Part shown: positions 1 to 8,299 of the stretch, piece after piece
Layout: every line of letters begins with the position of its first letter
Numbering within the stretch: position 1 is the stretch's first letter
NCBI GenBank assembly: GCA_017506735.1
Contig: JAFVMW010000005.1
Location: 19,815-83,814 of the forward strand
Reading direction: 5' to 3'
DNA: 64,000 nt
From: Oscillospiraceae bacterium
Lineage (GTDB): Bacteria > Bacillota > Clostridia > Oscillospirales > Oscillospiraceae
Translations under genes and position numbers: made by a program
Notes under the pieces: generated by a model
What the model was told of the DNA's origin: nothing
What the model saw: only the letters and a program-made list of their open reading frames with translations
The model's database searches: none

Positions 1-535
1 GAACCAGAAGTCCGGCCTGGGAGCGAAGCAGTTCTTCTGTGATTTCCGCGGCTCTGGTCTCATCGCAGAACCGGGAGGGGCGATTGGGAACGGTCACCGG
101 ATTCAAGCCGTATTCCTCCCGAATGGGGTCGTACCGGGATTGAATCGCTTTGACCTGACTGGAATTCAGCCGGGCTTCCGGCAGCAGGTCGCAAAGCCAG
201 GCATCCGGACGGGTGAAGCCCAGAGGCGCCAGAATCTGCTGTTCCAGAGCCTTGGCAGAAGGGCCGTTGAGGTTCTTTCCGGCAGGCTCCAGATCACCAA
301 GCTCCCTGGGAATTTTGATTCCTGCAATGATTTTCCTGGCTTCCTCCTCATTGCCGTCCCAGAAGATCCGGGGCTCGCTGGCCACAGCCAGGGCCTGACA
401 GAGGATTCTTCCGTCCTGCTTCCACCGGGCATGAACCGCGCTGGCATACACGCCAAGCACAAACACCTTCTTCGGGGACTGATCCTCCTGCACCAGCGGA
501 TGGAGCTTTTGGCCAAAGGGGAAATAATAGTCCAT
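1..535 (-). CDS. Hypothetical protein, possibly uracil-DNA glycosylase superfamily (3' end runs off window)
   Basis: Not in ORF track. Manual translation MDYYFPFGQKLHPLVQEDQSPKKVFVLGVYASAVHARW... is open to base 1, with RBS AGGAGG upstream. The VFVLG, NGPSA and WLCDLLP segments resemble the UDG-like fold. Confidence 0.6.
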   Translation of the reverse strand, partial: MDYYFPFGQKLHPLVQEDQSPKKVFVLGVYASAVHARWKQDGRILCQALAVASEPRIFWDGNEEEARKIIAGIKIPRELGDLEPAGKNLNGPSAKALEQQILAPLGFTRPDAWLCDLLPEARLNSSQVKAIQSRYDPIREEYGLNPVTVPNRPSRFCDETRAAEITEELLRSQAGLLV

Positions 536-584
536 GGAAATTCCTCCTGACGATTCTCATTGTCTGCTCATGCAGACAATACTT

Positions 585-890
585 TCAAATGTTGTTCGGT
601 TGTCCAAACGGGATTGCCGAAGACTTGCCCTCCATAAAATCCACAACCGTTTTCTCGACCTCGTCAGGTGTCTGCAAATGCCAATGTGCAAATACCTCTC
701 CATTATCACGCATTGCATAGAATGGAAAAGAAACATCGTCAAAAAACACTTCAAACTTACCCAGGTTGGAAGTTCCGCACAAAATGGGGAAATCTATTTT
801 GAAGTTCGGACTTATAGCAAGGGAACTGTTCACGCTGATTGGATAGCTTTCGTGTAACGTCTCATAAATTTTCAAGACAACAGCATCCAT
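585..890 (-). CDS. Hypothetical protein, AT-rich (101 aa)
   Basis: ORF directly after the rlmD stop, with AAGGAGG RBS inside the rlmD 3' end. Confidence 0.6.
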   Translation of the reverse strand: MDAVVLKIYETLHESYPISVNSSLAISPNFKIDFPILCGTSNLGKFEVFFDDVSFPFYAMRDNGEVFAHWHLQTPDEVEKTVVDFMEGKSSAIPFGQPNNI

Positions 891-891
891 T

Positions 892-2247
892 TTACTGCTC
901 CTCCTTAATCATCGTTACGATGCTTTCTACATGGGCACACCTTGGGAACAAATCAAAGGCCTGGGCGTTCTGGAGCCTGAAGCCCCGCTGTTCCAGCAGT
1001 GCCACATCTCTTGCCAGGGTGGCCGGATCACAGGACACATACACCAGCCGTCTGGGGCTGAACCGGTGGATGGCTTCGATGGCATCGGCGTTCAGACCCT
1101 TCCGGGGAGGGTCAACTACCACCACGTCGGCCTTGATGCCCTGCCGCTCCAGCGCCAGAGCCGCTTCGCCGGCGTCCGCGCAGATGAACTCCGCGTTGGT
1201 GACGCCGTTTCGGAGGGCGTTCTGCTTTGCGTCCTCCACAGCCTGGGGGATCACCTCCACACCGATGACCCGGCCTGCCGCCTGGCTCATGGCCAGGGTG
1301 ATGGTGCCAACGCCGCAGTACAGGTCAAGCACCGTGTCCGCTTTGGTAATCCCGGCGGCGGTGATGGCGGCCCGGTACAGCTCCTGGGCCTGGTGGTGAT
1401 TCACCTGGTAGAAAGACCGGGGGGACAGCCGGAAAGTCAGACCGCAGAGGGTGTCCTCAATATATCCGGGACCCCAGAGGGTGATGAACTCGTCGCCCAG
1501 TACCGCGTTGCCCGGTCTGGTGTTCACGCTGAGCACCAGCGTGGCGAAGCCGGGAATCTTCTTCAGCCGGTCCAGAAGCTCGGGAATCCGGTTCAGCTTC
1601 CGTCCGTTGGCCACGATGCACACCAGCACCTGCCTGGACACCGCGCCCTGGCGGACATAGATGTGCCGCACCAGGCCCCGGTGGGTTTCCTCATCGTATA
1701 CGCTGATCCGGTACTGATTCATCCAGTCGATGACCGCGTCCTTCACCTGATCGGCAACCTCCGGCAGAATCAGACACCGCTTGTTCTCAATGACCTGATG
1801 GGTGCCGGCCTTGAAAAATCCGGCATAGGCCCGGCCCTTTTCCACAGCAACGGGATACTGTGCCTTGTTCCGGTAGCAGGTGGTGGAGGGGGCACCGTGG
1901 ATGGGCACTTCCTCCAGCTTCTGACCGCCCAGACGGTTCAGACAGTCCCGGACCCGGCTTGCCTTCAGCCGGCATTCCTCTTCATAATCCATATGGTGGA
2001 AGTCACAGCCGCCGCAGAGCTTGGCAACGGGACAGGCTCTGTTGATCCGGTGGGGAGAGCGCTCCAGAATCTGAACCATTTTGCCTGCGGCCCAGGTTTT
2101 GCCCACCTTCTCAATCCGCACGGTGCATTTCTCCCCGGCGATGGCATTGGGGATGAATACGGCGCAGCCTTCGATTCTGGCAACGCCCTGGCCTTCCGCG
2201 GTGTAGTCGGTGACGGTGGCTTCGTAGATTTGATTTTTGATCAGCAT
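892..2247 (-). CDS. rlmD: 23S rRNA (uracil-C5)-methyltransferase RlmD/RumA
   Basis: N-terminal TRAM domain, CPVAKLCGGC Fe-S motif, LDLYCGVG, VVVDPPRKG, YVSCDP, DLFP..HVE. Confidence 0.95.
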   Translation of the reverse strand: MLIKNQIYEATVTDYTAEGQGVARIEGCAVFIPNAIAGEKCTVRIEKVGKTWAAGKMVQILERSPHRINRACPVAKLCGGCDFHHMDYEEECRLKASRVRDCLNRLGGQKLEEVPIHGAPSTTCYRNKAQYPVAVEKGRAYAGFFKAGTHQVIENKRCLILPEVADQVKDAVIDWMNQYRISVYDEETHRGLVRHIYVRQGAVSRQVLVCIVANGRKLNRIPELLDRLKKIPGFATLVLSVNTRPGNAVLGDEFITLWGPGYIEDTLCGLTFRLSPRSFYQVNHHQAQELYRAAITAAGITKADTVLDLYCGVGTITLAMSQAAGRVIGVEVIPQAVEDAKQNALRNGVTNAEFICADAGEAALALERQGIKADVVVVDPPRKGLNADAIEAIHRFSPRRLVYVSCDPATLARDVALLEQRGFRLQNAQAFDLFPRCAHVESIVTMIKEEQ

Positions 2248-2723
2248 TGGGAATCCTCCAGAGCGATTTCCATATAGACCTTCCGGGGCTTCATGCCCAT
2301 TTTCTCATAAAACCGGATGGCCCGGTCGTTGCCGTTCCAGCAGTTCAGGGTAATGAAATTGCAGCCCCGCTCCCGGGCGTAGTCCAGGGTATATTCATAC
2401 AGGGCCTTGGCAACACCTGCGCCCCGGGATGCTTCGTCCACGCACAGGTCGTCAATATACAGTTCCTTCCGGTCGGTCATTACGGTGCTTCCGCTGAATT
2501 CCTCCCACTGGCAGAAGCAGTAGCCCAGCATTTCACTGTTTTCCATGGCTGCAAACACCGGGGTGGAAGGATTATCAAGGATTGCCGCCAGCTCCTCTTC
2601 GGTATATTTGATGGCCCCGGCCCGGAAAATATCCGGCCGGATCTGATGGTGCACATCCCCCACCTGATACAAAAGCCTTTGCAGCTCCGGGATATCAGAC
2701 CGTCTTGCCATGCGGATCTTCAT
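2241..2723 (-). CDS. GNAT family N-acetyltransferase
   Basis: LYIDDLCVDEASRGAGVA and N..AIRFYEKMG motifs. Confidence 0.9.
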   Translation of the reverse strand: MKIRMARRSDIPELQRLLYQVGDVHHQIRPDIFRAGAIKYTEEELAAILDNPSTPVFAAMENSEMLGYCFCQWEEFSGSTVMTDRKELYIDDLCVDEASRGAGVAKALYEYTLDYARERGCNFITLNCWNGNDRAIRFYEKMGMKPRKVYMEIALEDSQC

Positions 2724-2884
2724 ACAATCAACTCCTTATGATTTGTTAACCTATATCATAGCACAAAACCTCCGGAAGGTAAAGAAAAAAGGAGCTGGTC
2801 TGCCTGGTCTGCCTGGAATCATTGCAATCATTGGCAGGAGATGATATAATCATTCCATAGGCAATGGAGAGGGGGAGCCGTTCC

Positions 2885-3370
2885 GTGAATCTTTTGTGGT
2901 ATGATTACTGCCCGGAAACGATGCAGTATGTGGAAAGCTGGCTGGATGCCGAAGCGGTTCGTTCCACCGGTCTTGAGGAAGGCTTTTCCTCCTTCTATGA
3001 ATATTGGGCAGAGGAAGATGGCTTTACGGTGGGAGAAAGCTTCTGGTGTAAGGTTGTCTGTCAGGAGGAAACCCCTTTTGCCGTGATTGCCTATTGTCTG
3101 CACGAATCCAAGATTCTGATTATGGAAGTGGTGGTCGCTCCGGAAAAACGGGGACAGGGGCTTGGCACAAAATTGCTGAAAGCGTTGATAGCCCGTGACG
3201 AGATTTCCGGCACAGCAATCCAGAAATGGGAAGCAGTCATTTTCTTGAGCAATAGGGCTTCCCAAAGAGCCTTTGCCAGTGCCGGATTCCGATACCACCA
3301 TACCCACCAGGATGGGGACGCGGTGTATTATGTGTATGAGCGAGGCCAAAAGGAAATGGCAAATCAATGA
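2885..3370 (+). CDS. GNAT family N-acetyltransferase (start uncertain, 2864 or 2885)
   Basis: VVAPEKRGQGLG and N.ASQRAFASAGF motifs. Confidence 0.8.
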   Translation: MNLLWYDYCPETMQYVESWLDAEAVRSTGLEEGFSSFYEYWAEEDGFTVGESFWCKVVCQEETPFAVIAYCLHESKILIMEVVVAPEKRGQGLGTKLLKALIARDEISGTAIQKWEAVIFLSNRASQRAFASAGFRYHHTHQDGDAVYYVYERGQKEMANQ

Positions 3371-3399
3371 GGCTCCCCTCCGATCATCGGAAGGGAGCC
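3371..3399. terminator. Hairpin between convergent genes
   Basis: GGCTCCCCTCCGAT-C-ATCGGAAGGGAGCC. Confidence 0.6.
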
Positions 3400-3424
3400 C
3401 TTTGTTCTGCGCTGAAAATGGGAA

Positions 3425-4090
3425 TCAGTCCTCCAAGGGCCAGGGGTGTCCTACCTTGGCCTGCCCATCATGGGCCCACTGGCGGTATTTCCAGTCGCTT
3501 GCCCGTGTTGTTGCGCCTGCGCTGCCGCCGCAGATCCAGCCGCCACAGATATCCATCCCGGGAACCTTCAGAAAGATCTGATAGCCCCAGTCCTCCGGGG
3601 TTCCGCCGATGATGAAGTAGTGCTGAACCCCGGTGTTGTCCTGCAATGCGTAGACGTATGCGGTTTCCTCACTGCAAAGGTCAGTGATGTCGATGTGCTC
3701 TGCGTTGGCGGTGAAATACAGTCTGCCGTCGATCACTTCGGCAGGAATACCGGTGTTGGGTGCCAGAGAAATGTACGCGTCGATCTTCTCGCCTTCGCCG
3801 CCCACAATGCCGCCGTAGCTGACATAGATTTCCGTCTCCATCTGGCCCAGAGGCTCCGTGGCTTCCGGCTTCTGGGTGTGAATTGGGATGTCAAACACAT
3901 CCGCGCAGACCTCCATCAGGTCTGTGGACAGGAACAGTCCCACCGCCAGCAGAACCACTGCGAACACAGCCGCCATGCGAAGCAGGGGAGCGGTGGAGGG
4001 TCTGGGCTTGCGCAGACTGTCCTCAATGCGCCGGACGGTGTCCTCCGGCATGGTTTCGTTTTCAAAGTATTCCCGGATGTTTCGTTCCAT
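3425..4090 (-). CDS. Putative membrane-anchored anti-sigma factor
   Basis: Coupled to the upstream ECF sigma gene; short cytoplasmic N-terminus, one TM segment, extracytoplasmic domain. Confidence 0.65.
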   Translation of the reverse strand: MERNIREYFENETMPEDTVRRIEDSLRKPRPSTAPLLRMAAVFAVVLLAVGLFLSTDLMEVCADVFDIPIHTQKPEATEPLGQMETEIYVSYGGIVGGEGEKIDAYISLAPNTGIPAEVIDGRLYFTANAEHIDITDLCSEETAYVYALQDNTGVQHYFIIGGTPEDWGYQIFLKVPGMDICGGWICGGSAGATTRASDWKYRQWAHDGQAKVGHPWPLED

Positions 4091-4092
4091 AA

Positions 4093-4545
4093 TCATTCCT
4101 CCAAAAGTTGTTTCAGGGTTTGCCTTGCCCGATGAAGCCGGGTGGATACCAGAGTCTGGCTGATGTGCAAAAGCGACGCGATTTCTTGGGTGGAATAGCC
4201 TTCGTAATAATATAGATACACCACCGCCCGGTAATGGGGTGCCAGGGAATGGATCGCCTGCTTTACAGGATGTTCTTCCTCCGCTTCCAATGCGCTCGCC
4301 GAATCCAGAGGGGCTGTCCTCTGCCACCAGTGACAGCGCAGCAGATTCCGGCAGGCGTTGGCACAGGTCTGCATGAGCCAGGCCTTTTCCTTCCCCGGCG
4401 TGATGGTTTTCTGCCGGAGCAGCTTTTCAAATACGGTCTGGCAGATGTCCTCGGCCTCCTCCCGGCTTCGGGTGTAGCTCAGGGCAAAGCGGTATACGTC
4501 ATCCTTGTATGTATGAAACAGTGACTCTGCGTCCGTCATGGGCAT
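4093..4545 (-). CDS. ECF RNA polymerase sigma factor
   Basis: AEDICQTVF, WL..C.N.CRN and LYYYEGYSTQEIA..L.RAR regions 2 and 4. Confidence 0.92.
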   Translation of the reverse strand: MPMTDAESLFHTYKDDVYRFALSYTRSREEAEDICQTVFEKLLRQKTITPGKEKAWLMQTCANACRNLLRCHWWQRTAPLDSASALEAEEEHPVKQAIHSLAPHYRAVVYLYYYEGYSTQEIASLLHISQTLVSTRLHRARQTLKQLLEE

Positions 4546-4664
4546 CCTCCTTCCTGATTTCGATTGAGATCTCATATATTAGACACATGACAAGGGCTTT
4601 CTGTCACAAAACAGTTGAGCCTTTTTGAAAAAAATGATATCATGTTTTCAAAGGAAGTGAAACT

Positions 4665-5528
4665 ATGGATTATAGTAACTGCAAACTCTGCCCCCGGCGG
4701 TGCGGTGTGAACCGGACAGCGGGGGAGTTTGGATGGTGCGGCGGCGGAGCTTCCGCCCGGGTCGCCAAAGTGATGCTCCACCAGTGGGAGGAGCCGGCCC
4801 TGTCCCCCAACGGAAAAAGCGGCGCGATTTTCTTCGGCGGATGTACCCTGGGCTGTATCTACTGTCAGAACCGGGCAATCAGCGCCTGCTGCACCGGACA
4901 GGAAACGGATTCTGCCCAGCTTCGCCGGATTATGGAGGAACTGATCGAACAGGGCGCGGAGAATATCGACCTTGTGACCCCCACCCATTTTCTGCCCACC
5001 ATCCTCCCGGCGCTGACACCGAAGCTGCCGGTTCCCGTGGTCTATAACTGCGGCGGCTATGAACGGGCCCAGACCATCAGGGAACTGGAAGGCCTGGTGG
5101 ACATCTATCTGCCGGATCTGAAATATTCCGACCCTGCCCTTGCCCGACAGCTTTCCGGGGCGGAGAATTACTTCCCCGTGGCGAAAACCGCCATAAAAGA
5201 GATGGTTCGTCAGACCGGAGAACCGGTGTGGGAAGGGGAACGCCTCCTTCGGGGCACGGTGATCCGCCATCTGATTCTGCCGGGACAGGTGGAAAATTCC
5301 CTGCGGATTCTGGACTGGATTGGAAACACCTTCCGCCCGGGCCAGGTGCTGGTGAGCCTGATGCGCCAGTATACCCCCATGGAGGCAACCAAAAATCTGC
5401 CTCCCTTTGACCGCCGGGTGACAGATGAAGAATACGAGGCGGTGCTGAGCTGGATGTATCTGAACAGCCTCCAGGGCTTTGTCCAGGAGGATCAGGCGGC
5501 AGACGCGAAATTTATCCCGGATTTCTGA
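4665..5528 (+). CDS. Radical SAM protein, PflX-like
   Basis: CKLCPRRCGVNR, CTLGCIYCQN, IYLPDLKY, IRHLILPG. Confidence 0.9.
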   Translation: MDYSNCKLCPRRCGVNRTAGEFGWCGGGASARVAKVMLHQWEEPALSPNGKSGAIFFGGCTLGCIYCQNRAISACCTGQETDSAQLRRIMEELIEQGAENIDLVTPTHFLPTILPALTPKLPVPVVYNCGGYERAQTIRELEGLVDIYLPDLKYSDPALARQLSGAENYFPVAKTAIKEMVRQTGEPVWEGERLLRGTVIRHLILPGQVENSLRILDWIGNTFRPGQVLVSLMRQYTPMEATKNLPPFDRRVTDEEYEAVLSWMYLNSLQGFVQEDQAADAKFIPDF

Positions 5529-5534
5529 CATGGC

Positions 5535-5571
5535 AAAAAAAGACCCGGACGGCCAATCGGTCGTCCGGGTC
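5535..5571 (-). terminator. Intrinsic terminator (asnS side), probably bidirectional
   Basis: A-run followed by GACCCGGACGGCC-AATC-GGTCGTCCGGGTC. Confidence 0.7.
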
Positions 5572-5659
5572 AACACTGTCATGCAGAGAATCGAGCGGTT
5601 TCTGCCCGCAAAACGATGACAAACACACTCACGCACGAATTGCCTGTGGGGCTCCCCAC

Positions 5660-7051
5660 TTACAGCTCGCAGTTGTTGACGGTTCTGGGGAAGGGGATGG
5701 CATCACGGATGTTGGAGATGCCGGTGAGGTACATGACGCAGCGCTCGAAGCCCAGGCCGAAACCGGCGTGACGGCAGGAGCCGTACTTCCGCAGATCCAT
5801 GTAGAAGCCGTAGTCCTCGGGATTCATGCCCAGCTCTTCAATACGGGACTTCAGAATCTCGTAGTTGTCCTCACGCTGAGAGCCGCCGGTGATTTCGCCC
5901 ACGCCGGGAACCAGGCAGTCCACAGCGGCGACGGTCTTTCCGTCGGGATTCAGCTTCATGTAGAAGGCCTTGATGTCCTTGGGATAGTCGGTGACAAACA
6001 CGGGCTTCTGGAACACCACTTCAGTCAGGTAACGCTCATGCTCGGTCTGCAGATCGCAGCCCCAGCTGACGGGATACTCGAACTTGTCGTTGTGCTTCTC
6101 CAGCAGGGCAACGGCATCGGTGTAGGTGATGCGGCCGAAATCGTTGCTGAGAATGTTGTTCAGACGATCCAGCAGGCCCTTGTCCACAAACTGGTTGAAG
6201 AAAGCCATTTCCTCTGGGGCGTGCTCCAGAACATAGGAGATGATATACTTGAGCATATCCTCCTCCACCCGGAGCAGATCGTCCAGATCAGCGAAGGCCA
6301 TCTCGGGCTCGATCATCCAGAACTCGGCGGCATGACGGGTGGTGTTGGAGTTTTCGGCACGGAAGGTTGGGCCGAAGGTGTAGATGTTGCGGAAGGCCAT
6401 GGCGAAGGTCTCGCCGTTGAGCTGACCGGAAACGGTCAGATTGGTGGGCTTGTTGAAGAAGTCCTGGCTGAAATCCACCTCGCCGTCCTCGGTCAGGGGG
6501 ATGTTCTTCAGATCCAGGGTGGTGACCTGGAACATTTCGCCTGCGCCCTCGCAGTCAGAGCCGGTGATCAGGGGAGTGTGGACATACACAAAGTCCCGCT
6601 CCTGGAAGAACTGGTGAATGGCCATGGCAGCCAGGCTGCGGACACGGAACACGGCCTGGAACATATTGGTACGGGGCCGCAGATGGGGCAGGGTGCGCAG
6701 GAATTCCACGGTGTGCCGCTTGGGCTGCAGGGGATAATCGCCGGTGGAAGGGCCCTCCACCTCGATTTTGGCAGCCTGGATCTCAAAGGGCTGCTTGGAG
6801 CCGGGGGTCAGAACCAGCTCGCCGGTGACGATCAGGGCCGCGCCCACATTGATCTTGGAAATCTCCTGGAAATTTTCGATGGTATCATTATAAACGACCT
6901 GAACGGGGGTGAAATAGGTGCCGTCATTCAGGACGATAAAACCGAACTGCTTGGAGGGGCGGCGATTGCGCACCCAGCCGCCGACGGTAACGGTCTTGCC
7001 GGCGTAAGCATCGGTATTCTTGAACAGTTCACGAACGCTGATGAGTTCCAT
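5660..7051 (-). CDS. asnS: Asparagine--tRNA ligase
   Basis: [50 protein letters not shown]. Confidence 0.97.
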   Translation of the reverse strand: MELISVRELFKNTDAYAGKTVTVGGWVRNRRPSKQFGFIVLNDGTYFTPVQVVYNDTIENFQEISKINVGAALIVTGELVLTPGSKQPFEIQAAKIEVEGPSTGDYPLQPKRHTVEFLRTLPHLRPRTNMFQAVFRVRSLAAMAIHQFFQERDFVYVHTPLITGSDCEGAGEMFQVTTLDLKNIPLTEDGEVDFSQDFFNKPTNLTVSGQLNGETFAMAFRNIYTFGPTFRAENSNTTRHAAEFWMIEPEMAFADLDDLLRVEEDMLKYIISYVLEHAPEEMAFFNQFVDKGLLDRLNNILSNDFGRITYTDAVALLEKHNDKFEYPVSWGCDLQTEHERYLTEVVFQKPVFVTDYPKDIKAFYMKLNPDGKTVAAVDCLVPGVGEITGGSQREDNYEILKSRIEELGMNPEDYGFYMDLRKYGSCRHAGFGLGFERCVMYLTGISNIRDAIPFPRTVNNCEL

Positions 7052-7212
7052 AATGGTAAACCTCTCCTCTTGTGCAAAGTATATGAGCGATTATACGCCA
7101 AATTGTGGGAATTTACAAGGGGTTTTCTTAAGAATTCTGAAATTCTTTTTGCTTTGTTGACCCCTTGTGAGGCGGTGTGGTATGATGAAAGCGGAAAAGG
7201 AGGGAGATTCCT

Positions 7213-8052
7213 ATGAAAAAACGCATCTGTTCCTGGCTTCTGTGCCTTGTGCTGATTCTGCCCCTGGTTACAGTGCCTGCCTACGCAGACTGTGCTCCAA
7301 AGCCCAGCATCCATGTGAAAACGGAATCGGAAGAAACGGTCAAGGTTGCTATCCTGAGTATGTACAAAGAAAGCGGCCCCAATGAAGTGTTCCTGCCTGG
7401 TGAGGAACCGCCTGGCTGGTGGCATTATGAGGAAGATACATGGAATGAATTCCTGGACGCGGTTGACCGTGCGGAAGCCTATTTCTGCGGCCACATGGGA
7501 CAAGACTCCGTTTCCTGGAAGTATATGTGTCCCAACCGGTTCCGCATTGCTATCTACTGCCCAGAATATGAAACTGTCTTGGTGAGCCAGGAGATCTTCG
7601 AAACCTACGCCTTCCGCTCAGACTTCGCGCTTGACCTGTCCGGTCTGGATCTGACGGAATCCGGAGTGATCTCCATGCCCATGCGCAAGCAGGTGGAATA
7701 CGGGAAGCTCATCGGCGGATTTCTCCTCCGGGCGGCACTGACCCTGGTGATTGAGCTTGCGGTGGCCTTCCTGTTCGGTTATCGGGAGAAAAAGTACATC
7801 CGGTTCATCTTCTTCGTGAACCTTGTGACCCAGGTGGGACTGAACGCCCTGCTGAGCCTGTGGTATTTCGCCGATGGACCTCTTGATGCACTGCTCCGTT
7901 TGATTCTGGCAGAAATTATGGTGCTGATCACGGAAAGCATCCTCTATGCACGCCGTCTGAAGGGGGAGCGCAAAGACGCAACCCGGGCGGTGTTCTACGC
8001 CCTTGCCGCCAACCTTGCCTCTGTGATTATCGGCTGGCACATGATCGACTGA
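7213..8052 (+). CDS. Membrane protein with signal peptide and C-terminal TM helices
   Basis: RBS, signal peptide, four C-terminal hydrophobic segments; followed by hairpin 8070-8098. Confidence 0.75.
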   Translation: MKKRICSWLLCLVLILPLVTVPAYADCAPKPSIHVKTESEETVKVAILSMYKESGPNEVFLPGEEPPGWWHYEEDTWNEFLDAVDRAEAYFCGHMGQDSVSWKYMCPNRFRIAIYCPEYETVLVSQEIFETYAFRSDFALDLSGLDLTESGVISMPMRKQVEYGKLIGGFLLRAALTLVIELAVAFLFGYREKKYIRFIFFVNLVTQVGLNALLSLWYFADGPLDALLRLILAEIMVLITESILYARRLKGERKDATRAVFYALAANLASVIIGWHMID

Positions 8053-8299
8053 ATATTTATGGAATCCCTGTCCCCCGGCACCGTGCTGTGCCGGGGGATG
8101 ATCTGTATTCCCTCCACGGAAAATAAACGGCAAAGAAAGGAAAAGAACCTTTGTTGATTATATATACAAAAAATGGAAAAACGAAGCCCATTATTGGAAA
8201 AAATGTAAAAAATATACTTGAAGGAACCTCCGCTCGGTATTATAATAGAAGTGCTGTACTATGGATAACGCAGCGACTATTTGTGAAGGAGAGAAGTAC

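Noticed and set aside
531-550. RBS of the UDG-like gene as target of the 34124 loop (shared CATGGAAAT...CTCCT)
   Set aside because: Only 9 contiguous nt plus generic SD complementarity; expected by chance.
2796-2816. Short tandem CTGGTCTGC repeat
   Set aside because: Two and a half copies in an intergenic spacer; no supporting context.
7052-7212. T-box leader upstream of asnS
   Set aside because: Intergenic region is short, shared with a divergent gene and lacks the GGTGGNACCGCG T-box motif.
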